Assembly (NCBI GenBank): GCA_018606725.1
Contig: JAGYID010000031.1
Span: forward strand, 1 to 62,724
Length of the DNA stretch: 62,724 nucleotides
Direction of reading: 5' to 3'
From: Acidobacteriota bacterium
GTDB lineage: Bacteria; Acidobacteriota; Polarisedimenticolia; Gp22-AA2
Of this stretch, positions 9,582-18,158 are shown one piece after another. The notes below the pieces were generated by a model. That model saw only the letters and a program-made list of their open reading frames with translations, had not been told where the DNA came from and searched no databases. Both the position numbers and the translations under genes were made by a program. Position 1 is the first letter of the stretch, and each line of letters starts with the position of its first letter.

Positions 9582-11041
9582 TCGACGGCGCGCTCGCCCA
9601 GTCGGTCCTGTCGGCGTTCGTGCTGGCGTTCAACCGCTGGGTCATCTACTACTTCATCCTGCTCAACTCCGTTTACGTGCTGCTGTTCCTGGTGTCGCTC
9701 CGGGAGGTGCTGCGCTTCGTCAGGCGGACCTTCTTCTCCGACTACGAGCAGATCCTGCGCTCCGAAATGACCTGGCCGATCTCGATCGTGGTCCCGGCGT
9801 ACAACGAGGCGCGCACGGTGATCGACACGGTCCGCTCGCTCCTGGCGGTCAATTACGGACAGTTCGAGGTCATCGTGGTCAACGACGGATCGACCGACGA
9901 CACGCTGCACCGGCTGGTCGAGGCGTTCGACCTGAAGCGCACCGACCGGGTCTACCGCCGAACCCTGCCGACCGGCGAGGTGCGCGGCATCTATGCCTCG
10001 CTCGCCACTCCGAACCTGGTCGTGGTCGACAAGGGAAAGATGGGCAAGGCCGACGCCCTCAACTGCGGCATCAACGTGGCGCGCTACCCGCTGTACTGCT
10101 CGGTCGACGCCGACTCGATCATCGAGGACAACGCGCTTCTGCGGGTGGTCAAGCCGTTCATGGAGCATCCCGACGAGATGGTGGCGGTCGGCGGCATCGT
10201 GCGGATCGCCAACGGCTGCGAGGTGCGCGACGGGCGCGTGGCCCGCATCGGCCTGCCGAAGAAGTCGCTGCCGCTGTTCCAGGTGGTCGAGTACCTGCGC
10301 GCCTTCCTGTCGGGCCGCATCGGCTGGTCGAGCCTGCGGTCGCTGCTGATCATCTCCGGGGCCTTCGGGCTGTACCGCAAGTCCGAGGTGATCGCGGTCG
10401 GCGGCTACGACCGCTGGTCGGAGACCGAGGACCTCGAGCTGGTCCTGAAGCTGCACGAGAGGCTGCACCGCGATAAGCGCCGGTACCGCATCGTCTTCGT
10501 CCCCGACCCGGTCTGCTGGACCGAGGTCCCGGCGACCTTCCGGGTGCTGGCGCGGCAGCGCAACCGCTGGCACCGCGGGCTGCTGCAGAGCCTGTGGTTC
10601 CACAAGAAGATGATCTTCAACCCCGGGTACGGCGTCATCGGAACCGTCGGCCTGCCGTACCTCGTGCTGTTCGAGACGCTCGGCCCGTTCATCGAGGTGC
10701 TCGGGTATCTCATGATCGGCCTGGCGGCAATCATGGGATTGCTCAACGTCCCGTACTTCCTCCTGTTCCTGATCTTCGCGATCGTGTTCGGCGTGTTCCT
10801 GTCGGTCGCCGCCGTGCTGCTGGAGGAGCTCTCCTTCCGCCGCTACCCCGGCTGGGAGCACCTGGCGATGCTCGTCCTGATCGGCGTGGTCGAAAACTTC
10901 GGCTACCGCCAGGTCCTCGCGCTGTTCAAGGTGAAGGCGTTCTTCGACTTCCTGCTGCGCCGCCGCGCCTGGGGCCGCATGGAGCGCGAAGGATTCAGAG
11001 CAGCCGCTTTGCCTCTCCCACCAGGTACAGCGACCCGCTGA
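9578..11041 (+). CDS. processive family-2 glycosyltransferase (PgaC/IcaA/NodC-like polysaccharide synthase)
   Basis: GTG at 9578 overlaps the HEAT gene stop (GTGA). N-terminal TM helices. Motifs VVPAYNE, VNDGSTD, DADS, TEDLEL and RQRNRWHRG (QxxRW). C-terminal TM bundle. Confidence 0.85.
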   Translation: MIDGALAQSVLSAFVLAFNRWVIYYFILLNSVYVLLFLVSLREVLRFVRRTFFSDYEQILRSEMTWPISIVVPAYNEARTVIDTVRSLLAVNYGQFEVIVVNDGSTDDTLHRLVEAFDLKRTDRVYRRTLPTGEVRGIYASLATPNLVVVDKGKMGKADALNCGINVARYPLYCSVDADSIIEDNALLRVVKPFMEHPDEMVAVGGIVRIANGCEVRDGRVARIGLPKKSLPLFQVVEYLRAFLSGRIGWSSLRSLLIISGAFGLYRKSEVIAVGGYDRWSETEDLELVLKLHERLHRDKRRYRIVFVPDPVCWTEVPATFRVLARQRNRWHRGLLQSLWFHKKMIFNPGYGVIGTVGLPYLVLFETLGPFIEVLGYLMIGLAAIMGLLNVPYFLLFLIFAIVFGVFLSVAAVLLEELSFRRYPGWEHLAMLVLIGVVENFGYRQVLALFKVKAFFDFLLRRRAWGRMEREGFRAAALPLPPGTATR

Positions 11042-12293
11042 CCACGACCAGCCCGGCCTCGCCGGCGGCGTGGCGGGCGAGCGGCAGCGCCTCGGCGATC
11101 GAGGCGGTGGCGCGCACCTCGCCGCCGCCCGGCAAACCGCGCGCGGCGGCCACCGCCGCGAGCGAAGCGGGCGGCGTGACCCGCGGCAGCGGCAGGCCGG
11201 TCACAAAGACGGCGGCGGCGAAGGGGCAGAGAAGCCCGAGCATCTCGTCGGCCGGCTTGTCCTTCATGACGGCGAAGACGAGCGCGATGCGGCGGCCGCG
11301 CTGGTGGTCGCGCAGGTAATCGGCGAGGACGGCGCAGCCGGACGGGTTGTGGGCGCCGTCGAGCAGGATTTCTGGCCGGCCGGGGACGATCTCCAGCCGG
11401 CCGGGCCAGGCGGCGCGCGCCAGGCCGGCGGTGACCGCGCCCGCGTCCACCCCCTCGAAGCCCAAGCGACGGAGCTGCTCGGCGAGCAGCACCGCGACCA
11501 CGGCGTTGTCGACCTGGTGCGCGCCTCGCAGGGCGAGCGTCAGGTGCGGGTACTCGCCGGCGAGCGGCGTGGTCAGCGCGAACGCCGGTGGATCGGGGAG
11601 GGGCGCCTCGGCGCGGACGCGGCAGTCGGCGATCGGCAGCAGAGGCGCTCCGACGCGCTCCGCCATCGCCTGGATCGCCGCCATCGCCTCCGGCTCCTGA
11701 CGGGCGATGACGGCCGGCACCCCCGGCTTGAGGATGCCGGCCTTCTCGCCGGCGATAGCCGGAAGAGTCGATCCGAGCCAGCGGGTGTGATCCATCGCCA
11801 CCCGCGTGATGGCGCAGGCGAGCGGCGTCACCACGTTGGTGGCGTCGTAGGTTCCCCCCATGCCGACCTCCAGCAGGGCGAGCGGCACGCGCTGCCTTCG
11901 GAAGTGCAGGAACGCCAGGGCCGTCGTCGCCTCGAAGTAGGTCGGGTGGTCGCCCGGCGCGAAGGCCTCGGCCCCGATGGCGGCCCGCACCTCGGCCGTC
12001 AGGGCCGCAACCTCGTCTTCGTCGATCATCCGGTCACCGACGACGATCCGCTCCTCGAAGCGGACGAGGTGGGGCGAGGTGTAGACGCCGGGCCGGAGGC
12101 CGGCCGCCTGCAGGATGGCGGCGAGGAAGGCGGTCGTCGAGCCCTTGCCGTTGGTGCCGGCGACGTGAATCGATCGGAAGGCGCGGTGCGGATCACCGAG
12201 GCGCCGGAGCAGCCGGTCAATCCGGTCGAGCCCCGGCCGGATGCCGAGCGACTCGAGGGAGTCGAGCCAGGCGAGCGCGTCCCGATAATTCAT
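10995..12293 (-). CDS. folC: bifunctional folylpolyglutamate synthase / dihydrofolate synthase
   Basis: Mur-ligase P-loop HVAGTNGKGST, followed by TSPHLVRFEERI. I prefer the ATG at 12293 (MNYRDALAWL) over the TTG at 12347. Confidence 0.85.
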   Translation of the reverse strand: MNYRDALAWLDSLESLGIRPGLDRIDRLLRRLGDPHRAFRSIHVAGTNGKGSTTAFLAAILQAAGLRPGVYTSPHLVRFEERIVVGDRMIDEDEVAALTAEVRAAIGAEAFAPGDHPTYFEATTALAFLHFRRQRVPLALLEVGMGGTYDATNVVTPLACAITRVAMDHTRWLGSTLPAIAGEKAGILKPGVPAVIARQEPEAMAAIQAMAERVGAPLLPIADCRVRAEAPLPDPPAFALTTPLAGEYPHLTLALRGAHQVDNAVVAVLLAEQLRRLGFEGVDAGAVTAGLARAAWPGRLEIVPGRPEILLDGAHNPSGCAVLADYLRDHQRGRRIALVFAVMKDKPADEMLGLLCPFAAAVFVTGLPLPRVTPPASLAAVAAARGLPGGGEVRATASIAEALPLARHAAGEAGLVVVSGSLYLVGEAKRLL

Positions 12294-12343
12294 CCGACGA
12301 CCATGACGGCAGCGACGATGAAGTGGTCGCGGCCCGGCGGCGG

Positions 12344-13717
12344 TCAACCGCCGACGCGGTCCGCGATCTCCTCCAGCGTCCTGCCGTGGGTTTCCTCGCC
12401 AAGCGCCGCGACGGCGACGGCGCCCGCCGCCAGGACGGCGGCGAACATCAGAAACACGACGCTGAAGCCGTCATGGCCCCAGGCGCCGGTGATCTTCCCG
12501 ACCATGATAGGCGCCAGGATGGCGCCGGAGCGGCCAAAGGCGGCCGCCCAGCCGGCGCCGGTGCCGCGCAGCCGCGTCGGGTACAGCTCCGGCGTGTAGC
12601 CGTATGTCACCCCCCAGGCGCCGAGGTTGAAGAACGACACCAGGGCGCCCCACAGGATCAGCTGGGCGTTGGTCGCGGCGTTGCCGAAAAAGTAGCTGGC
12701 GACGGCGCACAGGAGCATGAACGGCACCAGCGTCTTCTTGCGCCCGATCTTCTCGACCAGCCAGGCCGCGACGAAGTATCCGGGGATCTGCGCCAGAGTG
12801 ATGTAAAGCGTGAACGAGAATGATCTGGCCATCGTCAACCCGCGATTACCGAGCAGCGTCGGCAACCAGATGAAAATGCCGTAGTAAGAATAGGCCATCG
12901 CGAACCAGAGCGACCAGAGCATCACCGTCCGGCGCCTCATCCCGGCGGCGAACAGGTCGGCGGGCCTGGCCGGCGGGGCCGGCGGCGTCCCGGGCTCGAG
13001 CGCCGCCGCCCGGCCGGTCTGCGTCGTCGCGGCAGCGTCCCAGGTCGGATCGATCGACGCGACGATCGCCGCCGCCTCGGCCCGGCGGCCTTGCGCCAAC
13101 AAGAAACGCGGCGACTCGGGAAGCGAGCGACGCAGGACCAGGACGTACAGCGCCGGCAGGGCGCCGATCAGAAACGCCCAACGCCATGGGAACGGCACGC
13201 CGCGTCCTTCGGCCCAGCGCGACATCGCGTCGGCGATGATGGCGGCCGCCGCCCAGCCAAGCGCCCAGAACGATTCCAGCAGCACGACCAGCCGCCCGCG
13301 GTAGCGCGCCGGCGCGAACTCGCTCACCAGGGACGCGGCGACCGGCAGCTCGCCCCCCAGCCCAATGCCGACCAGCAGGCGCAGCGCCATCAGCGACGGC
13401 AGGTCCCAGGCGAGGGCGCACAGGCCGGTGGCGATGCTGAACAGGACGAGCGTCGTCTGGAACATCGCCTTGCGGCCGAATCGATCGGCGAGGCTGCCGG
13501 AGAGCGCCCCGCCGATCAGCATGCCGAGCATCGAGGCGCTGCCGGTCCACCCCAGCTGGCCCGGAGTCAGATGCCACTCGACTTTGAGCCGCGCCAGGAC
13601 GAACGACAGGAGGCCGGTATCCATGGCGTCGAACAGCCACCCCAGCCCGCTCAACAGCAGCAGCCGGTAATGGAAGCGCGACAGCTCCAGGCGGTCGAGC
13701 CGTTCGGCGATGGTCAT
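12344..13717 (-). CDS. MFS transporter (12 TM, sugar-porter/SV2-like)
   Basis: 457-aa ORF with MFS signatures GALSGSLADRFGRK and PESPRFL, and 12 hydrophobic segments. Confidence 0.85.
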   Translation of the reverse strand: MTIAERLDRLELSRFHYRLLLLSGLGWLFDAMDTGLLSFVLARLKVEWHLTPGQLGWTGSASMLGMLIGGALSGSLADRFGRKAMFQTTLVLFSIATGLCALAWDLPSLMALRLLVGIGLGGELPVAASLVSEFAPARYRGRLVVLLESFWALGWAAAAIIADAMSRWAEGRGVPFPWRWAFLIGALPALYVLVLRRSLPESPRFLLAQGRRAEAAAIVASIDPTWDAAATTQTGRAAALEPGTPPAPPARPADLFAAGMRRRTVMLWSLWFAMAYSYYGIFIWLPTLLGNRGLTMARSFSFTLYITLAQIPGYFVAAWLVEKIGRKKTLVPFMLLCAVASYFFGNAATNAQLILWGALVSFFNLGAWGVTYGYTPELYPTRLRGTGAGWAAAFGRSGAILAPIMVGKITGAWGHDGFSVVFLMFAAVLAAGAVAVAALGEETHGRTLEEIADRVGG

Positions 13718-13759
13718 GAGCGGGCGGAATCCTCCGCGGGGCTCAGCGCGGCGCGGCGC

Positions 13760-14785
<1,026 letters not shown>

Positions 14786-15152
14786 GACTGGCGCGGGCCT
14801 CCGGGGGGTCGACGTGCCGGCAATGATAGGACACCCCCCGCGGGTCGGTCAAGGGAATCCGACTGTCGGCGGGGCTGTCGACAACCCGCCCCGGCCCGTT
14901 CGGATTCTCGACACGATGGAATAAACCTTGCCATTTCAACATGATAGATGCAGGCAGTGAGCCGGGCGTGTGGGCCCACCTGTCGGGGATCTGGACTGTG
15001 GCTTCTGTCAGGAATGCGTCGAATCTCGTCGACAGCCGCGGAGGAGACCAGGGCGAAATTCGGCAAGCCATCCATTCTCAATAGCTTGACCGAAGCGCCA
15101 GCCTCGCCCGCCGTACCGAAAATGTCATGGCACACCCGTTGCGATTACTGCC

Positions 15153-15246
15153 GGCGTCGGACAACGCCAAACCATCCGCGAGGGTGGGACGGAAAGCCGC
15201 GGGTCTCGAATGCACTCCGAGACAGCCGGGCCGCCTCAGGGACGCC
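15153..15246 (+). promoter_or_regulatory. c-di-GMP-I (GEMM-I) riboswitch-like aptamer
   Basis: - Closing helix GGCGUC/GACGCC.
- P2 hairpin CCAUCC-GCGA-GGGUGG with a GNRA loop.
- Conserved GGGACGGAAAGCC linker.
- P3 hairpin CGGGUCUCG-AAUGCACUC-CGAGAC(AG)CCG.
- The conserved blocks match the V. cholerae Vc2 aptamer as I remember it.
- Located 31 nt upstream of the S8 protease ATG. Confidence 0.7.
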
Positions 15247-15277
15247 GACGCGTTCCGGTGACTCCGCAGGAGGCATC

Positions 15278-17248
15278 ATGCAGGGGCCCGCTGGAACCGT
15301 CACACTTCGAACCCTGTTCCGCCACGCCGGAGTCATCCTTGCCGCCGTCATTCTTATCGCCTTCGCCACGTTGTCGAACGTGGCGGCGGCCGGCAAGGGT
15401 CACCTGGCCCCGGACCTGGTCGAGAAGATCAGGAAAGGCTCGCCGGGCGAGACCGTCAGGCTGATTCTCGCGCCGACCACCGACGCCGACGCCGCGTTCG
15501 TGTACGACAAGGCGAAGGCGCACGGCGGCAACGTCCGCAACGCGTTCAGGACCCTCCGCCTGATCGTCCTCGACATGCCGCTGGGCGAGGTCGAGGCGTT
15601 CAGCCAGGAGACCGGGGTCGATTATCTCAGCCCCGATCGCCCGGTCGGCGCCCTGGCGAGCCACCTCCAGACGACCACCGGCGCCAGCCTGATTTATCCG
15701 ACCAGTAACCTGCTGTCGAGCGGGGTCGGCGTCGACGGCGCCGGAATCGGCGTCGCCGTCATCGACTCTGGCGTCGACCCCGATCACTTCGACCTCCGCA
15801 ACGGCGGCTCGCGTCGCGTCATCGCCTCGTACGACTTCGTCGGGTCCGGCAGCCTCGACGACTCGTACGGACACGGCACGCACGTCGCCGGGATCGTCGC
15901 CGGCAACGGCTATTCGAGCCTGCAGTCCGGCGGCGTCGATTACTCCGGCATCGCGCCGAGGGCCAACATCATCAATCTCAGGGTCCTCGACAGCTACGGC
16001 CACGGCACCATGAGCGGCGTGCTGGCGGCGATCGACTACACCATCGCCAACCGGAACATGTTCAACATCCGGGTCGTGAACCTGTCGCTGTCGGCCCCGC
16101 CGGTCGACTCGTACAAGAACGACCCGCTGTGCCAGGCGGTCGAGAAGGCGACCAAGGCGGGGCTCGTCGTGGTCGTGGCCGCCGGCAACTTCGGGGTCGA
16201 CGCCTACGGCAACAAGCAGTACGGCAGCATCGCCTCGCCGGCCAACTCGCCGGCGGCGATCACCGTCGGCGCCACCAATACGCAGCAGACGAACTATCGC
16301 TCGGACGACACCATCGCGCCGTATTCGTCGCGCGGCCCGACGATGTCGCACACCACCGACCCGGTGACCGGCACGGTCGTCTATGACCGGCTGGCCAAGC
16401 CGGACCTGGTGGCGCCGGGTTTCCGTGTCGTGTCGCTGGAGCGCTACCAGAACTACGTCGTCACCAACCACCCGGCGCTGCATGTCTCGACGTCCTGGAC
16501 CAACAATCGCGGCCTGTACATGAAGATGCACGGCAGCTCGATGTCGGCCGGCGTCGTGTCGGGGGCGGTGGCGCTGATGCTGCAGGCCAACCCGTCGCTG
16601 ACCCCGAACCAGGTCAAGGCTGTCTTGATGTACACGGCCCAGATCATGAACGGGCCGGACCTGTTTGAGCAGGGCGCCGGGCAGATCAACATCGACGGCG
16701 CCGTCCGGCTGGCCAAGCGGCTGCGCCCGGATGCCGGCACCGTCGCGGTCGGGCAGACCCTGGTTGGTTACAGCGGTCTACCGCTGCCGCAGAGCACCAT
16801 CGCCGGCGAGTCGTTGATCTGGGACCAGGGGCTCATCTGGGACAGCGGCTGGCTCTCGGGCCAGGCGCTGCTCACGACCCAGCAACAGGCGTACGCCCAG
16901 TCGATCATCTGGGGCGGCGGTCTTTACGGCGCCGGCGTGACCTACGGCGCCGGGCTGTTCGGCAGCGGCTATGTCGTCTACGGCCGCAACGGCCAATGGT
17001 CCGACATCGCGTGGGACGCCGGCACGCTCCTCACCAGCGGCCTGCTGTACAAGAACGTCACATACGGCTCCGGGCTGATCTGGGACTCCAAGGTCATCTG
17101 CGGCGACTTCTTCGTCGCGGGCCCGAGCAGTCTGATCTGGGGCAACGACTCCGGGCTGGTCTGGGGCAACGACTCCGGCCTCGTCTGGGGTCTCGATTCC
17201 GGGCTGATCTGGGCCTTCGACCAGAGCCTGGTGTGGGGGCTGGAATGA
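15278..17248 (+). CDS. secreted subtilisin-like serine protease (S8) with I9 propeptide and a Trp/Gly-rich repeat C-terminus
   Basis: ATG at 15278 is preceded by GGAGG (15269-15273). Signal anchor present. Catalytic triad blocks VAVIDSGVD, HGTHVAG and GSSMSAG. The C-terminal 150 aa are built from L(I/V)WG.DSG-type units. Confidence 0.88.
   Translation: MQGPAGTVTLRTLFRHAGVILAAVILIAFATLSNVAAAGKGHLAPDLVEKIRKGSPGETVRLILAPTTDADAAFVYDKAKAHGGNVRNAFRTLRLIVLDMPLGEVEAFSQETGVDYLSPDRPVGALASHLQTTTGASLIYPTSNLLSSGVGVDGAGIGVAVIDSGVDPDHFDLRNGGSRRVIASYDFVGSGSLDDSYGHGTHVAGIVAGNGYSSLQSGGVDYSGIAPRANIINLRVLDSYGHGTMSGVLAAIDYTIANRNMFNIRVVNLSLSAPPVDSYKNDPLCQAVEKATKAGLVVVVAAGNFGVDAYGNKQYGSIASPANSPAAITVGATNTQQTNYRSDDTIAPYSSRGPTMSHTTDPVTGTVVYDRLAKPDLVAPGFRVVSLERYQNYVVTNHPALHVSTSWTNNRGLYMKMHGSSMSAGVVSGAVALMLQANPSLTPNQVKAVLMYTAQIMNGPDLFEQGAGQINIDGAVRLAKRLRPDAGTVAVGQTLVGYSGLPLPQSTIAGESLIWDQGLIWDSGWLSGQALLTTQQQAYAQSIIWGGGLYGAGVTYGAGLFGSGYVVYGRNGQWSDIAWDAGTLLTSGLLYKNVTYGSGLIWDSKVICGDFFVAGPSSLIWGNDSGLVWGNDSGLVWGLDSGLIWAFDQSLVWGLE
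17132..17245 (+). repeat. in-frame 24-nt tandem repeat (4.75 copies) encoding L(I/V)WG(N/L)DSG
   Basis: Units start at 17132, 17156, 17180, 17204 and 17228. CTGATCTGGGGCAACGACTCCGGG and CTGGTCTGGGGCAACGACTCCGGC are near identical. Confidence 0.85.
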
Positions 17249-18036
17249 GCGCCGGCGCCCCGGGCACGAACATGGGCTCCAGCATGAATGACACGACGGC
17301 GACCGCGACCAGGAATCCGATGACCTCCATCTACGTCGCGGCAGTCACGGCAACCGGTGCGGCGGTCATCGCCCTCTCGGTGCGGAACCTCCTGGCGGCC
17401 GATCTCGGTCGGACACTCTACGCGTGGGCCGCGATCACCCTGTTGACCGCCTTCGTCGGTGAGCTGTCCCTGAAGCTGCCGGTGCGCGGCTGCCGCCTGT
17501 CGTTCTCCGACGCCTTGATCTTCCTGTCGTTCCTGGTGTTCGGGGTCGATCTGGCGACGATCACCGCGGCGGTCGACGGCTACACCGCCAGCAGCCGTCG
17601 CAAGGGCGGCTGGCACAAGCGCCTGTTCAACACCGCGGCGATGGCGATCGCCATCAACGTGGCGGCGCGGCTGTTCAACTGGCTCCTCCCGGCCCAGGCG
17701 ATGGCCGCCGGCGTCCGCCTGCGGGTCCTCGACCTGGTGGCGCCCCTCCTGTTGATCGCCGCTGCCCAGTATGCGGTCAACACGGCGCTGGTGTCGGTGG
17801 CCGTGGCGCTCGAGAAGGGCATCCCGCTGTCCGATACCTGGCGGCGCACTTTCTCCTGGAACGGCCTCGCCCTGATCAGCGGCGCCGCCGCCGCCGGCAT
17901 CGTCTTCATGGTGGTACGCACCGTCGGCCTCGGCTCGTTCATCGCCATCCTGCCGGTGCCGATCGTCCTGTACCACAGCTACCGGGTCTGGAAGCACCGG
18001 GTGATTGAGAAGAGGGCCCTGGTCCATCGGGGCTGA
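17245..18036 (+). CDS. polytopic inner-membrane protein (about 6-7 TM), possible sensor module
   Basis: ATG at 17245 overlaps the protease stop (ATGA). Hydrophobic segments run throughout. Coding-type GC3. The start choice among several in-frame ATGs is uncertain. Confidence 0.7.
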   Translation: MSAGAPGTNMGSSMNDTTATATRNPMTSIYVAAVTATGAAVIALSVRNLLAADLGRTLYAWAAITLLTAFVGELSLKLPVRGCRLSFSDALIFLSFLVFGVDLATITAAVDGYTASSRRKGGWHKRLFNTAAMAIAINVAARLFNWLLPAQAMAAGVRLRVLDLVAPLLLIAAAQYAVNTALVSVAVALEKGIPLSDTWRRTFSWNGLALISGAAAAGIVFMVVRTVGLGSFIAILPVPIVLYHSYRVWKHRVIEKRALVHRG

Positions 18037-18158
18037 GGAAGGAGGCACGCCCGAGACGAGGCTCCGTGAGCTGACACCACGAGAGCGAATCGACGCCCGG
18101 CCCCGCGCGCGACGCACGGGGCCGTGGCTTTGAGGACGGACGGCGGGCCGGGACGAAC

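Noticed and set aside
14970-14979. Perfect 10-bp palindrome GTGGGCCCAC in the accD/protease spacer.
   Set aside because: It is a short GC-only palindrome expected by chance, with no partner site or positional link to a promoter.
14948-15277. 110-aa N-terminal extension of the S8 protease ORF in the six-frame track.
   Set aside because: The extension has no signal peptide and poor composition. GGAGG followed by ATG at 15278 gives a proper signal anchor. The extension would also run through the riboswitch-like structure.
18099-18123. Hairpin GGCCCCG-N11-CGGGGCC between the membrane gene and the HD-GYP gene, considered as an intrinsic terminator.
   Set aside because: It is followed only by GUGGCUUUG, with no proper U-tract. 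GC-rich hairpins of this size are frequent by chance at this GC content.
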